Of a stretch of DNA of 42,002 nucleotides, positions 7,153-15,243 are shown piece after piece. Position 1 is the stretch's first letter. Each line of letters starts with the position of its first letter. Source of the stretch: a virus (taxonomy: Duplodnaviria; Caudoviricetes); IMG/VR virus record IMGVR_UViG_3300020148_000037, positions 1-42,002 of that record. The stretch is one strand, 5' to 3'. The translations under genes and the position numbers were made by a program. The notes beneath the pieces were generated by a model. It did no database searches. It was not told the DNA's origin and was given only the letters and a program-made list of their open reading frames with translations.

Positions 7153-8832
7153 ATGCTGCTTCGTCCTCGCCAGAAACTCTTTGTCGAGCGCTGTGTCGCC
7201 GCGCTCGACACACACGTCAACACGCTGGGCGTGGCTCCGACCGGGGCCGGCAAGACCATCATGTTGTCCGCCGTCGCCGGCAAGATGATCGGCGATAGCG
7301 GTGCCAGGGCGGCGGTGCTTGCCCATCGCGACGAGCTGACCGCTCAGAACCGCGAGAAGTTCGCCCGGGTCAATCCTGCGATCACCACCTCGGTCGTCGA
7401 CGCCAGCGGCAAGTCCTGGGGTGGCCGGGTCACCTTCGCCATGGTCCCGACGCTGTCGCGCAGCACCAACCTCAACGCCATGCCGGCGCTCGATCTGCTG
7501 GTCATCGACGAGGCGCATCATGCGACGGCCGACAGCTATCGCCGCATCATCGACCAGGCGCTGAAGCGCAACCCCTCCTGCCGCATCTTCGGCGTCACCG
7601 CCACGCCCAATCGCGGGGACCGCAAAGGGCTGCGCGAGGTCTTCTCCAATGTTTCAGACCAGATCCGCATCGGTGAGTTGATCCGCTCCGGCCATCTGGT
7701 GGCGCCGCGCACCTTCGTCATCGATGTCGGCGTCCGGGATGAGCTGGCCAGGGTCAGGAAGACTGCCAGCGATTTCGACATGGGCGAAGTCGAGCGCATC
7801 ATGAACCGCACGCCGGTCACCGATGCCGTCATCCGGAACTGGCGGGAGAAGGCCGCCGATCGGCAGACCGTGGTGTTCTGCTCGACCGTCGACCACGCAC
7901 GCGGCGTGACCGACGCGTTCAACGCCGCCGGCATTGCCGCGGCTCTCGTTCATGGCGAGATGGGCGACGCCGAGCGCAAGGCTGTGCTTGCCGCCTATGC
8001 CGTCGGTGACGTTCAGGTCATCGTCAATGTCGCCGTGCTGACCGAAGGCTGGGATCATCCGCCAACCTCCTGCGTCGTGCTGCTGCGCCCATCCTCTTAC
8101 AAGTCGACCATGATCCAGATGGTCGGGCGGGGCTTGCGCACCGTTAATCCCAACGAGCACCCCGGTATCGTCAAGACCGACTGCGTGGTGCTGGACTTCG
8201 GCACCTCCAGCCTGATGCACGGCTCGCTCGAGCAGGAGGTCGACCTTGCCGGACACGAGGCGTCCGGCGATGCACCGACCAGGACCTGCCCGCAATGCGA
8301 GGCTGATATTCCGCTCGGTTGCCATGAATGCCCGCTTTGCGGCTTCGTCTTCGAGAGCATCGACGGCGGCGGCGACATTCCGCTCAGCGATTTCGTGATG
8401 TCGGAGATCGACCTCCTGAAACGCTCCAGCTTCCGCTGGTGTGACCTGTTCGGTGACGATGCCGCACTGATGGCCAACGGGTTCTCCGCATGGGCCGGCG
8501 TCTTCTTCCTCAACGGCCGCTGGTACGGCGTTGGCGCCGCAAAAGGGGTCGCGCCGCGTCTGCTGGCCATCGGCGAGCGCATGGTCGGCCTCGCCGCTGC
8601 CGACGATTGGCTGAACGAGCACGAGTCCGACGAAAGCGCCCACAAGACCCAGCGCTGGTTGTCGCAACCGCCGACAGACAGGCAACTCGCCTGGCTGCCG
8701 GCCGACTACCGACACGATTTCGGGCTGACCCGCTATCAGGCCTCGGCACTGCTCTCCTTCCAGTTCAACCGTGCCGCCATCCGCAGCCTCGTCTTCGGCG
8801 CTGACGAGCATGATCTGGCGAGGGCGGCATGA
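7153..8832 (+). CDS. SF2 DEAD/DEAH-box helicase with zinc ribbon
   Basis: APTGAGKT, DEAHH, TATP, QMVGRGLR; CPQC...CPLC. Confidence 0.95.
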   Translation: MLLRPRQKLFVERCVAALDTHVNTLGVAPTGAGKTIMLSAVAGKMIGDSGARAAVLAHRDELTAQNREKFARVNPAITTSVVDASGKSWGGRVTFAMVPTLSRSTNLNAMPALDLLVIDEAHHATADSYRRIIDQALKRNPSCRIFGVTATPNRGDRKGLREVFSNVSDQIRIGELIRSGHLVAPRTFVIDVGVRDELARVRKTASDFDMGEVERIMNRTPVTDAVIRNWREKAADRQTVVFCSTVDHARGVTDAFNAAGIAAALVHGEMGDAERKAVLAAYAVGDVQVIVNVAVLTEGWDHPPTSCVVLLRPSSYKSTMIQMVGRGLRTVNPNEHPGIVKTDCVVLDFGTSSLMHGSLEQEVDLAGHEASGDAPTRTCPQCEADIPLGCHECPLCGFVFESIDGGGDIPLSDFVMSEIDLLKRSSFRWCDLFGDDAALMANGFSAWAGVFFLNGRWYGVGAAKGVAPRLLAIGERMVGLAAADDWLNEHESDESAHKTQRWLSQPPTDRQLAWLPADYRHDFGLTRYQASALLSFQFNRAAIRSLVFGADEHDLARAA

Positions 8833-9047
8833 TGGTTGACCCGACCTTGGCCGAACAGGCGGCGATCCGCAGCACCATGAAACCAGTCGCCGAGATCATG
8901 GAGGAGATCGGCTGGCCGACCCGGTTTGCCGACCTCTCCGAACAGCAGGTGCTCACGCTGATCGAGGTTACCGTCACCGGCTTTCAGGATGCGCTACGCG
9001 AATACCGAGCCGCCAATCGCGACACCGATCCCGAGATGCCGTTCTGA
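8829..9047 (+). CDS. Small phage protein (DUF6511-like)
   Basis: 72 aa, coupled on both sides; acidic C-terminus DTDPEMPF. Confidence 0.72.
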   Translation: MMVDPTLAEQAAIRSTMKPVAEIMEEIGWPTRFADLSEQQVLTLIEVTVTGFQDALREYRAANRDTDPEMPF

Positions 9048-9814
9048 TGCTGGACTTCAACCACAAGCAAAAACCTGGCGAGCAGATTACCGCCCTGATC
9101 GATGCCGCCCTCGAGGCAGGGTGCGCGGCCACAGAACCACGAAACTACCTTGGCGGTTCGCGCCTCGGGCATGCCTGTGAGCGCGCCCTTCAGTTCGAGT
9201 TCACCGCAACACCGAAGGACGAAGGTGCGGGCTTTTCCGGCCAGGCGCTGCGCATCTTCGCCATCGGCCATGCGCTGGAAGATCTGGCCATCCAGTGGCT
9301 GCGGGCTGCCGGGTTCGACCTCTACACCCGCAAGGGCAACCGGCCCGATGGCGGCCAGTTCGGCTTCTCGGTCGCGGGCGGGCGCATCCGCGGTCATGTC
9401 GACGGCATCATCGCCGCCGGGCCCGAGGGCTTCGGTCTCGCCGTTCCCGCCCTCTGGGAATGCAAGACGATGAACGCGAAGAACTGGCGCGCCTGCGTCA
9501 AGGACGGCGTGACCAAGTCAAAGCCGGTCTACGCCGCCCAGATCGCCGTCTATCAGGCCTACATGGAAGCCAGCGTGCCGGGCATCAGCGCTGCGCCCGC
9601 GTTGTTCACCGCCATCAACAAGGACACGGCCGAGCTTCATCACGAACTGGTCCCGTTCGATGCTGATCTCGCGCAGCGCATGTCGGATCGCGGCGTTCGG
9701 ATCCTGCAGGCGACCGACGCCGGCGAACTCCTGCCCCGAATTGTCGCCAATCGCGACTTCCTCGAATGCCGCTTCTGCCCGTGGGCCAGCCGCTGCTGGG
9801 AGTTGCCAGCATGA
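9047..9814 (+). CDS. PD-(D/E)xK exonuclease (Cas4-like/AddB-like phage nuclease)
   Basis: YLGGSRLGHAC, GHVDG, WECKT, QxxxY, C-terminal CRFCPWxxxC. Confidence 0.85.
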   Translation: MLDFNHKQKPGEQITALIDAALEAGCAATEPRNYLGGSRLGHACERALQFEFTATPKDEGAGFSGQALRIFAIGHALEDLAIQWLRAAGFDLYTRKGNRPDGGQFGFSVAGGRIRGHVDGIIAAGPEGFGLAVPALWECKTMNAKNWRACVKDGVTKSKPVYAAQIAVYQAYMEASVPGISAAPALFTAINKDTAELHHELVPFDADLAQRMSDRGVRILQATDAGELLPRIVANRDFLECRFCPWASRCWELPA

Positions 9815-12141
9815 GCGACGACGACATGCCTGATTCCATCAAACAGCCCGCCACCGGTGAGATCGTCCACTTCAATCCCTGGCGCGACTTCAACGATGCG
9901 CCGGCGCAAGTCGACGTGTTCGGCGACGAGCCGGACCCCGAACAGATCGCGCAGTTCATGGACGTGGTCTTCGGTTATTGCGAAGGCCTGATCCCGGTGC
10001 GCAGCTTCATCGACAAGGGTCAGGGGTTCGATGGCCGCCCACACAACATCTGGATCGACGCCGATCACACGGTTGCCGACAAGATGGCGACCTTTGCCAA
10101 CTGGGCCAGCCACGAGGGGGCCGCCGTCTATGTCATCCCCGGCACCGTTGCCGCCAAGGGACAGGCCAAGGCCGCCGATATCCTGCAGATGCAGACGGTG
10201 GTGGTCGACATCGACACTGGCGACATTGCCGCCAGGCGCGCCCATCTCGAACGTCATCTTGGAACCCCCACCATGGTGGTGGAAAGCGGCGGCGTAACGC
10301 CGGAAGGCCAGCACAAGGCTCATGTCTGGTGGAAGCTGACCGAACCGGCTGAGGGCGAAGACATCGCGCGCATTTGCCGTCTGCGCGGCGATATTGCCGC
10401 CAAGGTCGGTGGCGATACGCACTTCCGCTCGGCCCATCAGCCGATCCGCGTCGCAGGCTCGGTCTATTACAAGAACGGTCTCAAGACGCGGGTCCAGATT
10501 GTCGAGCTGAACGCGACCATCGAGCGCGATCTCGAAGAGTTCATCGAGGCGGTAACCGACATGCCTCCTGCGCCCGGCATCTCGCTCCAGCCGGACTTTT
10601 CCACGCCTGGCAAGCCCGCGGTCGCCGATGTGCTGGTGACACCGGTGCGCGAAGGCGCGCAGGATGACTGGTCACGCTTCGAGGGGGCATCGGCGGCCAT
10701 CGGCCACTACATTCGCATGGTGCATGACGGCCGCCTCTCGAAGGATGAAGGCTGGCAGGCGATCTGCGAGTACAACGCCGCCATGCTGCGCCCAGCCTGG
10801 CCGGTGGAGCGGCTGAAGCGCGAATCCGAGCGGCTCTGGGCCATCCATGTCGAAAAGCATGGGCCTCCGCTGATCCGCCTCGACAGCGCGGCGCCCGCGC
10901 CGAACGAGCTCCCCACCTTCACCCTTGGCGCGCTGCTCGACGACACCAGCCCCATGCCGGCCGATATCATCGCGCCACGCGTGCTGACGCCAGGCGGCCT
11001 GCTCGTGCTCGGCGGGGCGCCGAAGGTCGGCAAGAGCGACCTCTTGATCACCTGGCTCGTGCACATGGCGGCGGGCGTGCCCTTCCTCGGCTTCACTCCG
11101 CCACGACCGCTGCGGATCTTCTATTTGCAGGCCGAGATCCAGTACCATTATCTGCGGGAGCGCGTGCAGCAGATTGGCCTGCCGCCCGACATGCTTGCCG
11201 CCGCGCACGACAATCTTATCACCACACCAAAGCTGCAGATGCTGCTCGATGCCGAGGGCAGCGTCCGTGTTGCCGCAGCGATCCGGCGCGCATTTCCGGT
11301 CGAACCCGTCGACATCATCTGTATCGACCCGATCCGCAACATCTTCGACGGCGGCCCGGATGGCGGCGGCGAGAATGACAACGCCGCCATGATGTTCTTC
11401 CTGAAGGAGCGGGTCGAGGTCCTGCGCGACCACATCAATCCCGACTGCGGCGTCATCCTCGTCCACCACACGAAGAAACTGTCGAAGCACCAGGTGAAGG
11501 ACGATCCCTTCCTGGCACTCTCCGGCGCCAGCGCCCTGCGAGGCTTTTACACCACCGGCCTCATTCTGCACCGGCCTGACGAGGAGATTTCCCAGCGCCG
11601 CCTCGAGATCGAGCTCCGGAACGGCCCGGCTCTGCCTGCCAAGCTCGTCGACAAAGTGGGCGGCCGATGGGTCGAGATCAACCCGATGAACGAGCGCCTG
11701 GTCCGTGCGGAAGTCGGCGCCAGGCATGATGCCGAGCGCGTGCGCAAGGGCGATGTGATCCTGCAACTCCTCTTCGATGAGGCGGAAAACGGGCACCTCT
11801 ACACAGCGCTGCAATTCGCCGAGGCCTTCGAGAACAAGGCTGGGCTCGGCGGGAAGGACACGATCCGTGAGCGGATCAGCGTGCTTGCGACCAAGGGCTT
11901 CGTAAAATTCGTCCGTGATGGCGCACCGTTCGGCCTGCCCATTTCCAGATCGAAGTTCGGCTACCTCTGCGTCGAAGGCATGAGGTTCCCGACCGGCGAA
12001 GACAAGGCCGATGGCGAGACGGGCGAGATCGTGCCCGTTCTGATCCCAGTGCTGCCGAGCACCTACAAATGTCCGCAAAGCGGCGCGGCGCTCCCAGTCG
12101 AGAACCCGACCGTATGGGTCTATCCGGAGGATGCCGAATGA
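9811..12141 (+). CDS. Primase-helicase (RepB-type primase domain plus AAA_25/RepA-type helicase)
   Basis: VVDID and VESGG...HVWW primase motifs; Walker A GAPKVGKS, ICIDP, LVHHTKK, SGASAL helicase motifs. Confidence 0.87.
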   Translation: MSDDDMPDSIKQPATGEIVHFNPWRDFNDAPAQVDVFGDEPDPEQIAQFMDVVFGYCEGLIPVRSFIDKGQGFDGRPHNIWIDADHTVADKMATFANWASHEGAAVYVIPGTVAAKGQAKAADILQMQTVVVDIDTGDIAARRAHLERHLGTPTMVVESGGVTPEGQHKAHVWWKLTEPAEGEDIARICRLRGDIAAKVGGDTHFRSAHQPIRVAGSVYYKNGLKTRVQIVELNATIERDLEEFIEAVTDMPPAPGISLQPDFSTPGKPAVADVLVTPVREGAQDDWSRFEGASAAIGHYIRMVHDGRLSKDEGWQAICEYNAAMLRPAWPVERLKRESERLWAIHVEKHGPPLIRLDSAAPAPNELPTFTLGALLDDTSPMPADIIAPRVLTPGGLLVLGGAPKVGKSDLLITWLVHMAAGVPFLGFTPPRPLRIFYLQAEIQYHYLRERVQQIGLPPDMLAAAHDNLITTPKLQMLLDAEGSVRVAAAIRRAFPVEPVDIICIDPIRNIFDGGPDGGGENDNAAMMFFLKERVEVLRDHINPDCGVILVHHTKKLSKHQVKDDPFLALSGASALRGFYTTGLILHRPDEEISQRRLEIELRNGPALPAKLVDKVGGRWVEINPMNERLVRAEVGARHDAERVRKGDVILQLLFDEAENGHLYTALQFAEAFENKAGLGGKDTIRERISVLATKGFVKFVRDGAPFGLPISRSKFGYLCVEGMRFPTGEDKADGETGEIVPVLIPVLPSTYKCPQSGAALPVENPTVWVYPEDAE

Positions 12142-12185
12142 TCATCTGGCACGATGTCATGCCTTGCGCAGCACTGCGCAGCTTC

Positions 12186-12420
12186 AAGTTGGGGAAGTTG
12201 GGAAATCTGGTTCCAACTACCTGCGCTGTGGCACGTTCGGCCTTGCAGGATCGCGCGCCAGCAAGTTGGGAAGGCCTTTCCCAACTACCTTTGATCCTGC
12301 GCGCACCGTTACGCTGTAGCTCGCAGTTTCAAGTTGGGAAGGACGAGTATCTCCCTGACGCCCACAACTTGAATTTCACAAGTTATCACAAGTGGTTAGC
12401 CATCAGATCAAATTGTGGGG
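12186..12420. repeat. Periodic palindromic repeats plus AT-rich tract; putative replication origin
   Basis: AAGTTGGG at 12186, 12195, 12263, 12331; CCAACTACCT at 12213, 12281; TCACAAGT at 12376, 12386; directly after the primase-helicase. Confidence 0.6.
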
Positions 12421-12611
12421 GTGAAACCCACCCCCTTTGGGGGTGGGGGAGAACCGCGCCGAGCGGGTTCTCCCACTCCCACCCCCAGGGGGTCGCACGC
12501 GTGGCCAGTCTCGCCCCGAATATCCCGATCCGACGACGGCGGCCCTGTACCGCCAAGCACCAGACCGCCGTCGTCTTCCACCAAGGCAGCCAATCCCGAA
12601 GGAGACCACAC

Positions 12612-13148
12612 ATGGCTGAATCGACTCTGCGCATTGCACGGCACAGCGCAATCCCCGTGCCGCCCGTCGCGATGACACACCACCGCCCCATCCTCGCGCT
12701 CGACCTCGGCACCACCACCGGCTGGGCGCTACGTGATGCAGATGGCCTGATCACCAGCGGCACCGTCTCGCTTCGTCCCGGCCGCTTCGATGGAGGTGGC
12801 ATGCGCTACCTGCGCTTCACCAACTGGCTGACCGAGATCGACCGGCTGTCCGGTCCTGTCGCCGCGATCTGGTTCGAGGAGGTGCGCCGCCACGCGGGCA
12901 CCGACGCGAGCCACATCTACGGCGGGCTCATGGCCACGCTGACCGCATGGGCCGAACTGCGCGGTGTACCCTACGAGGGCGTCCCGGTCGGCACGATCAA
13001 GCGCCACGCCTCGGGCAAGGGCAATGCCGACAAGGCCGCCATGGTCGCCGCCGTCCGCGCTCGTGGCTTCTCGCCCGCCGACGACAACGAGGCCGACGCC
13101 ATCGCCATCCTGCTCTGGGCGATCGAGACGAAGGGAGGTGTCGCATGA
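12612..13148 (+). CDS. RuvC-like Holliday junction resolvase
   Basis: ILALDLGTTTGWA, FEEV, IKRHASGKGNADK, DDNEADAIA; GAAGGAG RBS before ATG 12612. Confidence 0.85.
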   Translation: MAESTLRIARHSAIPVPPVAMTHHRPILALDLGTTTGWALRDADGLITSGTVSLRPGRFDGGGMRYLRFTNWLTEIDRLSGPVAAIWFEEVRRHAGTDASHIYGGLMATLTAWAELRGVPYEGVPVGTIKRHASGKGNADKAAMVAAVRARGFSPADDNEADAIAILLWAIETKGGVA

Positions 13149-13345
13149 GATGGCATCCCCACGGCTACGGCGGCCGACGCCGGGATCCCGAACAGGTCAA
13201 GCGCGAGGGCTGGCGGGAACAGGGCGTCCTCGCGGTCTCCGCCGATGATGACCGCCTCACCTGGCCCGAGCGTGAGCTGGTCCGGCAGTTGGGCGAGAAG
13301 CTCTACGGCCCGCGCCCCTCGGAAAGGGAGGCACGCCATGGCTGA
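13145..13345 (+). CDS. Small phage hypothetical protein (66 aa)
   Basis: MRWHPHGYGG...; GGAGG RBS, ATGA overlap. Confidence 0.75.
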   Translation: MRWHPHGYGGRRRDPEQVKREGWREQGVLAVSADDDRLTWPERELVRQLGEKLYGPRPSEREARHG

Positions 13346-13718
13346 CCGCATCTGGACCGCCGACGATGTCGCCGACCATTTCGAGGAGGCTTTCCGCACC
13401 CTGCGCAAGCTGCCGCCGGTGAAGGTGCAGGGCTATTTCAACACCTGGCCGGAGATCGTGCGGACGAGTCGCGAGATCGCCTTCATGGAACCCGAGCCGA
13501 TGCGCATCCGACCGTCGGCAGCGGCGATCACGCGGCTCGAGCAGACCTTCGACTGGGTGCTCTGGATCGAGGAAGCCGAACGGAAGCTGGTCTGGTCCCG
13601 CGCCGCCCGCGTGCCCTGGAAGCAGATCAGTGGCGAGCTCGGCTGCGACCGCACCACCGCATGGCGGCGCTGGCAGCTGGCGCTGACCAAGATCGCGGCG
13701 CGGCTGAATGCGCAGTGA
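13338..13718 (+). CDS. DUF6362-like HTH protein, probable late-gene regulator (Q/sigma-like position)
   Basis: C-terminal sigma-region-4-like HTH (VPWKQISGELGCDRTTAWRRWQLAL); last gene of the early operon. Confidence 0.78.
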   Translation: MADRIWTADDVADHFEEAFRTLRKLPPVKVQGYFNTWPEIVRTSREIAFMEPEPMRIRPSAAAITRLEQTFDWVLWIEEAERKLVWSRAARVPWKQISGELGCDRTTAWRRWQLALTKIAARLNAQ

Positions 13719-13786
13719 CTCCAATGTGTTGCAACACTTTTCCCTTCGACATCTGCAACATGATCGTGCTATCCGCAGGACAAGAC

Positions 13787-13821
13787 GGGGAGAGTGCGCC
13801 GAAGGGCTCGCTCTCCCCTTT
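13787..13821 (+). terminator. Hairpin terminator between the early operon and convergent fic
   Basis: GGGGAGAG...CTCTCCCC followed by TTT. Confidence 0.6.
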
Positions 13822-13833
13822 GCGTTGAAGCGT

Positions 13834-14895
13834 CTACGGCAGTGTATACCAGGTCGTCCGTCCTCCGCCGTACCGAACCAGATGGCCGTTGTCGACGAGT
13901 TGACGGAATTGCTGTTTCAGCGTGTTCCGGCTGGCGCCCGTCAACCTGATCATGTCGCCTGCGCTCACACGGCCGTGCTCACGGGCATGATCCAGAATGC
14001 GCAACGACAGTTCGGGCAGGCTCGGCAGCACCAGCCTCTCGCGCTCGACCTTGCCGGCAAGCCGCTTCACCTGCTGCTGCAGGGCGCGCAGGAAGAAAGT
14101 CAGCCACGGCTGCCAGTTCGGTGCCCCACTGCGGATCGAGCCCTGCGTCTGCCGAAGAGCGAGGTAGTAGCCCTCCTTGCTCTGCTCGATCACGCTTTCG
14201 AGCGAACTGTAGGGCACATAGGCATAGCCTGCCTGTAGCAGCAGCAGCGTGGTCAGGATGCGGCTGAGCCGTCCGTTGCCGTCCTGGAAGGGATGGATTT
14301 CAAGAAACACGACGGTGAACACCGCGATCACAAGCAGCGGATGCAGCCGTCGTTGCTCGCGCTCGGACGTCAGCCAGCCGACGAGTTCGGCCATCAGGCG
14401 GGGGGTATCGAAGGGAGTCGCTGTCTCGAAGACAACGCCGATCTGCTTGCCGTCCTCATCGAAGGCGGCGACGCTGTTTGAGGAGGTCTTGTAGTTGCCG
14501 CGATGCCAGGCGTCCTTCTCGCTGTGGACGAGCAGGTCGCGGTGCAACTGCCTGATGTGGTTTTCGGCGATCGCGACGTCGTCCCAGGAACGGAAGACAA
14601 GCTCCATCACCTCGGCATAGCCGGCCACCTCCTGCTCGTCGCGCGTGGCGAAGGATTTGACGTCGAGATTGGCGAGCAGCCGTTCGACGTCCCGATCGGA
14701 GAGCTTGGCTCCCTCGATGCGAGTCGACGATCCGATGCTTTCGATGGTGGCGACGCGACGCAGGGCCGAAAGCCGCTCGGGCGCCAAGGTACCGAGCGCA
14801 CGCCACGCGCCCTTGAACTCGTCGATCTCGGCAATGAGCGCGAGGATCTCCTGAGTGATCAGGATCGTCTCGGTATTGATCGGATTCTGTGCCAT
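13834..14895 (-). CDS. Fic family protein (class II, N-terminal inhibitory helix, C-terminal HTH)
   Basis: HPFQDGNGRLSR catalytic motif; STRIEG = (S/T)xxxE(G/N); C-terminal winged helix. Confidence 0.93.
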   Translation of the reverse strand: MAQNPINTETILITQEILALIAEIDEFKGAWRALGTLAPERLSALRRVATIESIGSSTRIEGAKLSDRDVERLLANLDVKSFATRDEQEVAGYAEVMELVFRSWDDVAIAENHIRQLHRDLLVHSEKDAWHRGNYKTSSNSVAAFDEDGKQIGVVFETATPFDTPRLMAELVGWLTSEREQRRLHPLLVIAVFTVVFLEIHPFQDGNGRLSRILTTLLLLQAGYAYVPYSSLESVIEQSKEGYYLALRQTQGSIRSGAPNWQPWLTFFLRALQQQVKRLAGKVERERLVLPSLPELSLRILDHAREHGRVSAGDMIRLTGASRNTLKQQFRQLVDNGHLVRYGGGRTTWYTLP

Positions 14896-14960
14896 GCCCG
14901 AATATACACCCAATTACGCCCATTTCGGCAAGCCATTTCGACGCCCATTTACGCCCGAAT
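14894..14960. repeat. 10-bp direct repeats upstream of fic
   Basis: ATGCCCGAAT 14894, ACACCCAATT 14906, ACGCCCATTT 14916 and 14941, ACGCCCGAAT 14951. Confidence 0.65.
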
Positions 14961-14981
14961 GGGGTAAGTCGCCAACTTCGC

Positions 14982-15201
14982 GGGTCCTTCCTGGCGAAAA
15001 TCCTATGCTGGCGGGCGAAGCGCGGCGCATCGCCAGCGTCAGGCTGAAAATTTTGGGAAGCCATCCCGGCCGGAATCCACCGCGCAGCCAGGAATAACCA
15101 CGCAATAACAAATACCTGACTGGACTCTCCGGGTGGATGCCCGGTGGACTCCGGAGTCCAGCAGGAAGCCGGAGGACTCCGTCAGGCGGAATCCACCGCG
15201 C
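14982..15201 (+). other. Putative lambda-like cos site (cosQ, cosN, cosB-like repeats)
   Basis: GGGTCCT (identical to lambda cosQ) at 14982; TGGCGGGCGAAG-CGCGG at 15009-15025 resembles lambda cosN; TGAAAATTTT at 15045; CGGAATCCACCGCGC repeated at 15071 and 15187; GpA-type terminase encoded downstream. Confidence 0.7.
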
Positions 15202-15243
15202 CGACGCCACCGATCACCACCTTAATCATCGACAGGATCGTTC

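Noticed and set aside
3961-7521. 1409-aa minus-strand ORF apparently fused to the repressor
   Set aside because: Only the last ~222 aa are repressor; the rest is the antisense shadow of well-formed plus-strand genes in GC-rich DNA and crosses the promoter region
12195-12358. CRISPR array (28-bp repeats, 40-bp spacers) with the Cas4-like nuclease as a cas gene
   Set aside because: Only two full, non-identical repeats; spacers pair with each other; no cas1/cas2 or effector genes; the nuclease sits in a standard phage recombination operon. Kept as an ori-like repeat instead
12069-13148. 359-aa extended RuvC protein or RNA-guided nuclease (TnpB/IS110/Tas-like)
   Set aside because: A good RBS supports the start at 12612; the 178-aa product is a plain resolvase with no room for an RNA-binding domain
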